The translations under genes and the position numbers were made by a program. Of a DNA stretch of 64,000 nucleotides, positions 56,020-64,000 are shown piece after piece (the stretch's first letter is position 1; every line of letters starts with the position of its first letter). The stretch lies in IMG/VR virus record IMGVR_UViG_3300031992_000030. One strand, given 5' to 3'. The stretch comes from a virus (taxonomy: Duplodnaviria > Caudoviricetes). Below the pieces are notes generated by a model. The model was not told the origin of the DNA and did no database searches. It was given only the letters and a program-made list of their open reading frames with translations.

Positions 56020-56034
56020 ATATATCGTCCTTTC

Positions 56035-56175
56035 TTAAACTAAATCCTTAAAATCACACCACTCCATATCCTTAAGGAATTCAACTGCGGGGGATCTGAA
56101 TGTTCCCTCAACAAGTTGCTTTGTTCCCTGTGTATCTCTCGTATAAAGTGTCTCAATCTTTGTGTACTTGTGCAT
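56035..56175 (-). pseudogene. N-terminal remnant of an RNA-ligase-like gene
   Basis: MHKYTKIETLYTRD...L..G.FR...VEFL...EW, then a stop where EKxDG would be expected; GGAGG RBS. Confidence 0.5.
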
Positions 56176-56575
56176 ATTTTCCTCCATTATTGATGAACAT
56201 ATTCTTCGCAAGCTCTTGGATACCGAGTACCTACATATTCTTCTCCATAACGACAATTACCTCTATCGTTATAATGACATCTAATACAAAATTGTTTTAC
56301 TTTTTCGTTAGTTTCCATATTTTATTCTCCCTTAAGTGCATCTACTATATCTTTCGCCTTAGCCGGAAATAAATGTTCTTTTCCATCAGAAGTGCATATT
56401 ACAGAATATTTATTAGGGTTATTCTCATAAGGTTGAATTGAAGTTATTTGTTTGATATTTATATATTTTTGATTCCACGAAAGAAATACCATTTTTATTC
56501 ATACCTCAATCTTTATTTTTCTTACATATATATTATATCATAAAAAATGATTTTTGTCAACAAAAATCTCTGGGT

Positions 56576-57007
56576 TTAGTCCCAGAGATCTCTGTATGCG
56601 TTTTCTAACATTTTAAAACCAAGAGCAAGTTCAACATCTTCTTTATCTGAAGCGTCTTTGTAATCCTGTAAATTTCCTTCTTCATTATAGTAATCTTCAT
56701 ACTCCATAGCGTTTTTGAAATGATTCACTATTTCATTAAGATAGTCTATCCACTGCCCATCAGTTTTTATTTCAGTACCATCTTTGAGACTCATTGGGAC
56801 GCCACAGTGATTATTTGCTAAAGAAGTGAGTGACTGTACAATCAATTCAGAATGATATGTAAAATAATCCCATAAATCCGCATCACAATATCCACGTGTT
56901 ATTCTCTGATAACACCACTTGATACATCTGAAGAACATTTTAATATTTCTCAACCAAAACCGGGGAGACTTATAAAAACAACCAGAAAACACATTGAGTT
57001 TATTCAT
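56576..57007 (-). CDS. Hypothetical phage protein
   Basis: QR..RGY.D.DLWD...LWD motif. Confidence 0.65.
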   Translation of the reverse strand: MNKLNVFSGCFYKSPRFWLRNIKMFFRCIKWCYQRITRGYCDADLWDYFTYHSELIVQSLTSLANNHCGVPMSLKDGTEIKTDGQWIDYLNEIVNHFKNAMEYEDYYNEEGNLQDYKDASDKEDVELALGFKMLENAYRDLWD

Positions 57008-57413
57008 TCTTAAAATACTCCTCTTTCAGAAAATAGTTCTCTTCTGCATTAAGTAAGTTGTGCGGCACGGCGGTCTTGCGATAGTCACGTACTCGATCAC
57101 GCGGATTTTCTGAACGCCAAGCCGCACAATCAACAGTTATAAACTTGTTTACTATCTCCCACAGCTTCCAATCCCAATATTGACCGGCATATTCAAAGCG
57201 ATAGTCCTTGTAATACCCGGTTGCCTTATCAAATACTCTCATTCTGCAATACAGAACACCGCCAGAATTGTCGTCCCACTTCAAAAAGTGAGTTGCACCC
57301 TGTCTGATTTCAAATCTACCAAGCCAGAGTTCATCGTTTCTTATTGCTCTATTGACTATCTTAAGGGCAGAAGTTAAATTCTTCTGATACTTCTTTCTCA
57401 TCTTATTCTTCAT
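57000..57413 (-). CDS. Hypothetical phage protein
   Basis: ND.LWLGRF motif; own promoter. Confidence 0.65.
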   Translation of the reverse strand: MKNKMRKKYQKNLTSALKIVNRAIRNDELWLGRFEIRQGATHFLKWDDNSGGVLYCRMRVFDKATGYYKDYRFEYAGQYWDWKLWEIVNKFITVDCAAWRSENPRDRVRDYRKTAVPHNLLNAEENYFLKEEYFKNE

Positions 57414-57538
57414 ATTAAATCACCTCATTTATCTTTCTTATCTTTTCTATATATATTATAACATAAAATGCGGTCTTTGTCAACGAAGATTTTTTGTGCC
57501 AAAACGAGGGATCCCGTGGACCCCTCGCCGCACTTTCC

Positions 57539-58009
57539 TTATTTATTCTGTTCTTCTGGTTCTTCCCCAACTTCTATTCCACAATAGAGATATTTGTTTT
57601 CATCATATCTATTATCCCATGCTACAGAATCAATAATCTCTTCAAGAGAAGCAATATAACCTTCACTTGATTGTAATTCTGCTTTAATATTAAGCCACTC
57701 TTCAATATCTGAATTGAGATTATGAATTTCTTCCAACTTGTCCTCAATTGAATTGTTGCAACCAGCAATTATAGTGATTGTTTTTTCAACCTCAACTACC
57801 TTTTGGTCTACTTCTTTAATTTTGGATTCAAGGCCATTTTTAACATAAGTCAAGTCCATAATAGTTACAGGTGCAACATTACCATAAGGGACAACAAAAG
57901 GACAAAAATCATCAAATGCAGTAAAAATACTACAAATTTTACTAAAGTTGCCAATAGGGAGAAATTCACCATTTAAGCCCTTTATAAAAAACTGAATATA
58001 CTGTGACAT
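57539..58009 (-). CDS. Coiled-coil hypothetical protein
   Basis: GGAGGT RBS; terminator downstream. Confidence 0.65.
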   Translation of the reverse strand: MSQYIQFFIKGLNGEFLPIGNFSKICSIFTAFDDFCPFVVPYGNVAPVTIMDLTYVKNGLESKIKEVDQKVVEVEKTITIIAGCNNSIEDKLEEIHNLNSDIEEWLNIKAELQSSEGYIASLEEIIDSVAWDNRYDENKYLYCGIEVGEEPEEQNK

Positions 58010-58036
58010 AATTACCTCCTTAAGAACCGCAGGTTC

Positions 58037-58534
58037 TTACCAATTCTGCTTAACCTTTAGACCCCAAGTACCGCACTTTTTGCAACCACAATATTGAGGC
58101 TCTCTGACTGTTCTACACATTCTACTATAACCCCCGATGACGCCGCAGTTAGGGCAGATGAGATCGTACTTGTTCTTGACCTCGGTGTGTCTTTCAACTT
58201 CACCTGCTGCCTTGGTAAGGGGGCAACCCAGCTTGCCACACATTCTCTTGAAAACTGCGTCGTGGCCGTGAGACTCTTTTGTAAGTTCTGTTACTATTGC
58301 GTGGGCAGCCTCGTGAAGAATAACATCGTGGATTGACTCATCAGTAGCAGTTTCAATAAGCTGCTTGGAAAATTCTGCTCTATTGGGAATAAGGTCGCTA
58401 CCCTTCCAATCACTTATTACTCTTGCGTGAGTACGAGTAAGTCTACCATTAAGAGAAACAGGAATTTCTCTTGTCATTCCACCTTTGCGGCAAGCCTCAT
58501 AAAACTCATTCTTAATTCTATCAATATCATACAT
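58037..58534 (-). CDS. SprT-like zinc metalloprotease
   Basis: RLTRT, LHEAAH, HGHD..FK, C-terminal CPNC/CKKC ribbon. Confidence 0.88.
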   Translation of the reverse strand: MYDIDRIKNEFYEACRKGGMTREIPVSLNGRLTRTHARVISDWKGSDLIPNRAEFSKQLIETATDESIHDVILHEAAHAIVTELTKESHGHDAVFKRMCGKLGCPLTKAAGEVERHTEVKNKYDLICPNCGVIGGYSRMCRTVREPQYCGCKKCGTWGLKVKQNW

Positions 58535-58617
58535 ACTTAAATTTACCTCTTTTATTTTTCTTACATATATATTATATCATAAATTTAGGTTATCGTCAAT
58601 ATAGATTTTTAGAAATA

Positions 58618-59050
58618 CAAAAAGAGAGGTTTGCAACCCTCTCTTAACGAACATATTGGTTTACCAGACCTTATATTTTCACACATATGTCAGATGCTAT
58701 TGGTTTCTTTCACCCAGAATCCAAGCAAGGGGGCAGCACCTTTTTCATTAACGCACCGGCTGCAGGTCGACTGTGCTATATGCCGCTTTCAGTAAGGCAC
58801 TCTTGTGGTAATAGGTGAGCGTACCTAAATAGGTTTTTTCCCGTTTCCGCGGATGGACGAACCTATAAGAACCAAGTGGGTTAGGAGTTTTATGGAGAAA
58901 CTCCTACAAAAACCTCAAGTTTATTTTAACCTCTCTGACCCACTTGTAAAGATTGAGGGTTCCGCCTCATTTGTAAGGGTTTAACGTCCACGAGCCTTGG
59001 GGCGTGCGGATTAGGATCGACGGGTCGGTCTGCTTGGGGGCCGCCACCCT
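58618..59050 (-). ncRNA. Large structured intergenic RNA candidate (about 420 nt) ending in a terminator
   Basis: No ORF; many helices (CAAGTGGGT/ACCCACTTG, TAGGAGTTT/AAACTCCTA, ATAGGTT/AACCTAT, GCAGC/GCTGC, long-range CCAAGCA/TGCTTGG). Confidence 0.55.
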
Positions 59051-59071
59051 TTTGATAGAGCTTACGCTCTA

Positions 59072-59428
59072 TCAAACTCGAGTGAACAGAGTCTTTCTGT
59101 CCTTACCAGAAGTCTTAGACTTCTCGATACCCTCAATAGTACGGATCAGACCGGAGAGCTTCTGAGTGGAGAAGTTCTCGCCGATAAGCTCGTTGATGTC
59201 AGAGAGGGTGTAAGCCTTGCCGGGCTCCATAGCCTCATAAATCTTTGCACGGAGTGCATCGTTAGCAACCTGCTCCTTAGAGGGCTTACGCTCTCCAGAT
59301 GCTCTACGCTCAAGGGAAGCCTTGAGAGCCTCAAGCTTTGCGATCTCGTCAGGGGAGAAACCCTCAACGCCCTTAAGGGACTCGATACCAGAAGTAAGTG
59401 CAGAAATGTAAGTAATCTTCTCAGCCAT
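59072..59428 (-). CDS. Winged-helix DNA-binding protein
   Basis: N.ALR..I...MEPGK.YT.SDI...STQKLSGL; paralogue of 63676. Confidence 0.7.
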   Translation of the reverse strand: MAEKITYISALTSGIESLKGVEGFSPDEIAKLEALKASLERRASGERKPSKEQVANDALRAKIYEAMEPGKAYTLSDINELIGENFSTQKLSGLIRTIEGIEKSKTSGKDRKTLFTRV

Positions 59429-59718
59429 AATTTTCACCTCATTTTTTTTCTTTCTTTTTTATTTTTCTTACATCTATATTATACCACAAATTTTTAAGTT
59501 TGTAAAGTATAATTTTTTGAACCTCTTTGTAAGATTTCCGACTTTGGAATTAGGGTTCTTACTAACGCCTTCTCGAACTTGTACTTAACCAACTTGATAG
59601 GAACGCATTCCTCTAACGACAAGTAGGTTTTCAGAACCTTTATTTTCTTCTTTCTTTATCTTACATATATATTATATCATAAATTTGGCTTTTTGTAAAG
59701 ACAAATTTTTTGAACTAC

Positions 59719-59970
59719 TTAATCCTCTTCCTTTACGAAAATAGCAACGTGCTGTCTAATTCCATCCTCAAGAGTATAACCACAAGCCTTATAGCGGAGT
59801 TCAAAGTAAGTTCCTTCTTCGCCTTTAACAAGTTCGCGGTTAGCAAGATACATAGGAGCATCTTCAATATATCCCTCAAAGAGAGGAGAATTTTCATCAT
59901 CTCCCCATATTCTTACCCAAGTACCAAGAGGGAGGAAGTTGAGTACATCTATTAACTTCATATTTATCAT
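59719..59970 (-). CDS. Hypothetical protein
   Basis: Own promoter; similar to 54830. Confidence 0.6.
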   Translation of the reverse strand: MINMKLIDVLNFLPLGTWVRIWGDDENSPLFEGYIEDAPMYLANRELVKGEEGTYFELRYKACGYTLEDGIRQHVAIFVKEED

Positions 59971-60042
59971 TACCTTCCTTATCTTTCTTACATATATATT
60001 ATATCATAAAAATAAGTATTTGTAAAGTTAGATTTTTTGATT

Positions 60043-60234
60043 TTAATACTTAATACTATCGTGTGCTATAATTCTTGCAGCATTATCAACTTCTGTAATA
60101 GAAACAATTTTTTCGGTAGAAACTGTGAATTTTGCTTCTGCTAGCATCTGTGCTTCTTCTTTATTATGAGCCAATATAAGCATTTTATAATAATCAGAAT
60201 AAGGGTTAGATGTATAAACTTCAAATAACAACAT
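60043..60234 (-). CDS. Hypothetical protein
   Basis: Own promoter; ILAHNKEEA motif. Confidence 0.55.
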   Translation of the reverse strand: MLLFEVYTSNPYSDYYKMLILAHNKEEAQMLAEAKFTVSTEKIVSITEVDNAARIIAHDSIKY

Positions 60235-60583
60235 AATATTTTCTCTTTTCTTATCTTTATACATATATTATAGCATAAATTTAGATTATCGTCAATATAG
60301 ATTTTTCAATCTACTTGACATTTGCGGGAGCCCGTCCATGTAGATCCGCAGGAGCAACCGCCGCAAGGTTTTTCTAAATCCACTTTTGGTTTGGTGAGAC
60401 GAGTGTTGCGTGTGCCAGCGGGGCGACGCCCGCAAGGTTTGAATTCTTAAAAATTTATGTTATAATATATATAGGTAATTTTATAGGAGGTTTAAGGAGA
60501 CGGAGTTAATAGACGGAGCATTAGTTTTATAAGGGGAGAGTATAGAATTAGTGTGTGTTCTATTGGTTATGTCTTAATGGAAT

Positions 60584-60775
60584 ATGGAAGAAAAAAATAA
60601 CAGAATTCAATGCGAAATTGTATGTATGTTATGCGAAGATGTAATAAAAACAGTAAGTTATGAGGAGTTTTGTTGCAAATATTCCAACAACCCGTTCATT
60701 GTGTGTCCCAGCTGCAAGGCCGCATGGAAAATCGTGAAAAAAGAAAAGTCGGCTCGGGAAGAAAAGAAGGAGTAA
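60584..60775 (+). CDS. Small Zn-ribbon protein
   Basis: CMLC...CPSC; first gene of the short plus-strand unit. Confidence 0.5.
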   Translation: MEEKNNRIQCEIVCMLCEDVIKTVSYEEFCCKYSNNPFIVCPSCKAAWKIVKKEKSAREEKKE

Positions 60776-60793
60776 GGAAAAAGGCTCGGAGTC

Positions 60794-61000
60794 GTGTTAA
60801 AATTTTGCGTTGTAGTGTTAAAAATTTAGGTTGTAAATAAGGTGTTAAAAATTTGGTTTGTAGTGTTAAAAAAAAGGTTTGTTCTGTTAAAATTTTGGTT
60901 TGTAGTGTTAAAAAAATGTGTTAAAAAAATAGATAGGGTTTGTTAAAATTTTGCGTTGTAGTGTTAAAAATTTGGGTTGTTCTGTTAAAATTTTGGTTTG
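60794..61000 (+). repeat. About ten iteron-like direct repeats of ~21 bp (GTGTTAAAATTTTGGTTTGTA)
   Basis: TGTTAAAA cores near 60795, 60816, 60843, 60864, 60885, 60906, 60919, 60941, 60962 and 60983. Confidence 0.85.
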
Positions 61001-61588
61001 TTGAAAGGAGGTGAGAAATTAAAAGTGGGTAGAAAAAGACAAATACCTAAGATAAAAGAAATTTGTGCAAGTAAATTGTATAATGATTTGGTTTATAGTT
61101 ATTTGCAGACTATTTCTGATGAAGAAGGAAGAATATTTCGGTTTAATATGAATAATAAGGAAATAGGAGATAAAGTGGGGTTATCAAGACAAACAGTTGC
61201 TACAAAAATTAAGAATTTGGAAGAATTAGATTTATTAAAATTTATTGAAGAAACTGACGAATATGAGTTGATTATATTAGAGCCTAATATTGCAGCACTT
61301 ATACCAGAAGAAACTTTGAAGTTGTTAATTGATACAATGAATGAGAAAACTATTTCTATTTATGTCTATTTGTTTAAGAGATTTTATGCGAATAAAAATA
61401 AGCCGTATACAGTTACTTACACACAATTGAAGGACTGGATAGGAGTTTCTACCAAGTCTACCTCTAACAACCGGGTAGTATCGAATATATTAACCGTGTT
61501 GGAAAAATTGGGGTTATTGGAGTATGAAATGTCAGAGGCTGGTCGCAAAGTGTTCTGTGTGGTGAAGAATGTAAAGTTAAAAATTTGA
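60998..61588 (+). CDS. Tandem winged-helix protein, putative replication initiator
   Basis: NNKEIGDKVGLSRQTVATKIKNLEELDLL HTH and a second wHTH; flanked on both sides by iteron-like repeats; true start may be the GTG near 61025. Confidence 0.65.
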   Translation: MLKGGEKLKVGRKRQIPKIKEICASKLYNDLVYSYLQTISDEEGRIFRFNMNNKEIGDKVGLSRQTVATKIKNLEELDLLKFIEETDEYELIILEPNIAALIPEETLKLLIDTMNEKTISIYVYLFKRFYANKNKPYTVTYTQLKDWIGVSTKSTSNNRVVSNILTVLEKLGLLEYEMSEAGRKVFCVVKNVKLKI

Positions 61589-61672
61589 GTTGTTGTGTTA
61601 AAATTTTGGTTTGTATTGCGTGTTAAAAATTTGGGTTGTTGTGTTAAAATTTTGTATTGTTGTGTTAAAATT
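61574..61672 (+). repeat. About five further copies of the 21-bp repeat
   Basis: GTTAAAA cores near 61576, 61597, 61622, 61643 and 61664. Confidence 0.85.
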
Positions 61673-62148
61673 TAAGATAGTATATTTAATATAGGGGAGC
61701 TTTCCCCTCCCCTAGAACCCTTTCCCTGGGTCGAGTTTTGTAGTTCGCTTCGCTCACTACAAAACTCTCCCGGGCGGGGAAACTCGCTTTTATTGGGGGG
61801 CGGGGGCCAGAGAAAACTGAGGGGATTATAGGGAGGAATATTTAGAGAAGTGAAACGAAAATTGATTTTTGAATTAGAAGGAAATTCTCTGGTTTTGAAA
61901 CTTATGGATGGGGAAATAGAAGTAAAAGAAGAGGTTATGAAAAAGGATATGAGATAGAAGCTTATGTGGCAATTTAGATTTAGGACTTTATGCAAAGGTA
62001 GAATTAGATAGAATAGAAGATGAAATGAGAAGAATAAAAAGTTGTGGAGTGTGAGGAAAAGAGGGAAGTTGCCAGGGCGACACGCCCCTGCGATATGCCA
62101 TCACTGGCCGCAAAGACGAATTCGGGCATAAAAAAAAAGGACTCTTAT

Positions 62149-62472
62149 TCAGAGTCCAAAATAATATCCACCATCCATCATCTTCACTATGATCTTAGCC
62201 ACCCCCTGGGCCGCACTCTTACTCACAGGTTCGTACTTATCTAACTTGTCTTCGTAGTACTTTCCTACCCACTCGTCAAATGCCATTATAAGCCCAACCA
62301 TCTCTTCTTCCTTTTGGTTGCTGCGCTCCTGCTCTTGTTCTTGCTTCTTCTTGGCCTCGGCTCGATTAGCGGCGTCTGCAATCTTGTCTAATATTGCTTC
62401 TGCATCCTCTTGGTCTTGCTGTATAAGCAACTCAAACATTCTATCATACCAATCATCAGTTAATCTTCCCAT
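62149..62472 (-). CDS. Hypothetical protein
   Basis: GAGGTG RBS, upstream -10 box. Confidence 0.6.
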   Translation of the reverse strand: MGRLTDDWYDRMFELLIQQDQEDAEAILDKIADAANRAEAKKKQEQEQERSNQKEEEMVGLIMAFDEWVGKYYEDKLDKYEPVSKSAAQGVAKIIVKMMDGGYYFGL

Positions 62473-63489
62473 AGTAATAATTCACCTCTTTTTATTGTTA
62501 TACTTATATTATAACATAATATTTTTTAATTTCCAAACCGTAGCTCGAAAAATTGAGAGCAAAATGAAGTCGTAGACTTAAAAATGGAGAATGATTCATC
62601 CGCCTTATAGAAGGTTATGTTTCTGAGGACAAAAATAAGTCTGGAGCGCGAATCGAGTGGAAAGGGTATGAGCAATTTTTCGCCTTTCCCGGAAATATAT
62701 ATTTCTTGCGGCGACCCGTCCAAAAAATCGCACTTGACAAGGGCCGCGAGTTATGCTATATATTTATATTTATATTTCCCCTTTTATTATATCATATTTT
62801 TTAAGTGCTGTCAATAGAGATTTTTTCTTCTTACTCTTGGTTTTATTTTGGGGCTTGTTAAAGCCCCAATTTTCCAAAATTTGCTTATCTTCTTTTGGTT
62901 TCCTTGCAACTTTTCATACGACTATTTTTGTCTTTACTAGACTTCACTCTAGCTCTCTGATGAAATGGAAAAGTGGAAGGTCTGTGGGCTAAATTTAATA
63001 TGCGGTTTTCCCGTTGGCGAGATCGTAGGGTTACGTTGAAAAAATCTCACTTGACAAGGCGCGCAAAATATGATATAATATATAGGGGGAAGATTTTTGC
63101 TCTTGTCTTACTTCTGGTCTTGTTAAATAAATCTTACTTGACAAGGAGGTGTCAATAGGGATTTTTTGGACTGGCCGGTGGAAGATCAAGTGCGGGGAAA
63201 AATTGTGTTTTTTTATTATATGAAAAATATAAGGTAGTAATTGAGGAGTGTTGTCCAAAGAATTTTTTGAACGGGGCAGCGCATATTGGGAAGATTAAGT
63301 CACGGGTGGTCAGAGGCCCGGCCATATGGGAAATTGTGCATGTTGCGGGGGTAAAAAATGTCGGAGACGGATTTCGGGATTTGGGAGGTGTGAGGCACGT
63401 GTGAGCATATGCTCGGCCATATGTGCTGAGGGGTCGCGTTGGTGGGAAACGGGCCAGACTCGCTCGCTCACGGCCCGCCGAGCAGGCCC

Positions 63490-63601
63490 TGTCAATAGGT
63501 ATTTTGCACAAAATTTCAAAAAATTTTTTGTGCAGTATGCACAAAACTCGATCTTGTCAAGAGGCAAATTGCACAAAATCTCGATAAATTTTTTGTGCAA
63601 T
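63490..63601. repeat. Operator-like inverted repeats (TGCACAAAA...TTTTGTGCA)
   Basis: TGCACAAAA three times and TTTTGTGCA twice within about 110 bp. Confidence 0.6.
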
Positions 63602-63675
63602 TTATAGAATTTTTGTGTACCAAAAAAGGGACTATCCGAAGATAGTCCCTTTAATAGGTCGGTTAGGGGTTGACC

Positions 63676-64000
63676 TTACACCTTGCGGAACCAAGCAACA
63701 CGCTTGATTTCAACACGCTCAACCAAGCCGTCACGCTTCAGCGGAGTAAGCAAGGCAGATACCTTGTGGGTCGATGCGGTTTCAAGCCCAGGCACAACCG
63801 CAATAAGGTCGTTAATGCGGTAGAGTTTGCCCTGCTCCATAGTGGCAAGGATAGCGTCACGCAGTTTTGCGTTTTCCTTTACTTCAGCGGATACCGCACG
63901 GGGTGCGTTAGCCTTCTTTTCGAGCGACTTGATAAGGCTCTCAACCTTATCTTTTACCTCAACGGGCAACTGCTCACCATAAGTAGCAACAACAAATTCG
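63676..64000 (-). CDS. Winged-helix DNA-binding protein (5' end outside the window)
   Basis: Frame is open to the window edge (EFVVATYGEQLPVEV...); ENAKLRDAILATMEQGK.Y...STHKVSALL. Confidence 0.7.
   Translation of the reverse strand, partial: EFVVATYGEQLPVEVKDKVESLIKSLEKKANAPRAVSAEVKENAKLRDAILATMEQGKLYRINDLIAVVPGLETASTHKVSALLTPLKRDGLVERVEIKRVAWFRKV

Noticed and set aside
846-59955. Plus-strand ORFs antisense to minus-strand genes (e.g. 39657-40337)
   Set aside because: Shadow frames of real genes with no independent signals
60794-61672. CRISPR array
   Set aside because: Repeats are degenerate, abut each other without unique spacers, and no cas genes are present; they fit iterons better
62526-63607. 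ORF-track calls in the terminal non-coding region
   Set aside because: Overlapping on both strands, no RBS, composition unlike genuine genes, and crossing promoter motifs

Overview
A 64 kb, AT-rich segment of a large tailed bacteriophage genome, almost all encoded on the minus strand. The host is probably a low-GC Firmicute (Clostridia-like gut or rumen organism), inferred from the many sigmaA-type TTGACA/TGnTATAAT promoters, GGAGG Shine-Dalgarno sites and a PG-binding/SH3b endolysin. Left to right: (1) a DNA metabolism block (Sak4-like ATPase, putative SSB, ThyX, membrane-anchored GIY-YIG nuclease, NAD-dependent ligase, GyrA, GyrB), then an endolysin and PIN-PhoH; (2) a 15 kb cluster of modular fibre/adhesin genes with a GT2 and a nucleotide-sugar dehydrogenase inserted; (3) small accessory genes; (4) an RNA island at about 32.3-43.5 kb with 31 intact-looking tRNAs covering all 20 amino acids, several aberrant tRNA-like RNAs, a YkuK RNase H-like gene and a DUF2828-type (TROVE/Ro60-like) vWA gene; (5) an early-type region of individually promoted genes (sigma70, three paralogues of an uncharacterised WxSC family, peptidases, wHTH proteins) and a roughly 420 nt structured intergenic RNA candidate; (6) an iteron-flanked wHTH gene (likely replication origin) and a non-coding region rich in promoters and operator-like repeats. 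The best candidate for an undescribed system is a family of 6-7 small RNAs in the tRNA spacers. Each is a terminal stem (5' UGA...UCA 3') followed by an unpaired CAGCAA-type motif and a variable cargo, several cargos being tRNA fragments, and they flank the Ro60-like gene. This would be a non-canonical Ro/Y-RNA-type RNP system. All assignments come from reading motifs and base-pairing by eye; no searches were run.
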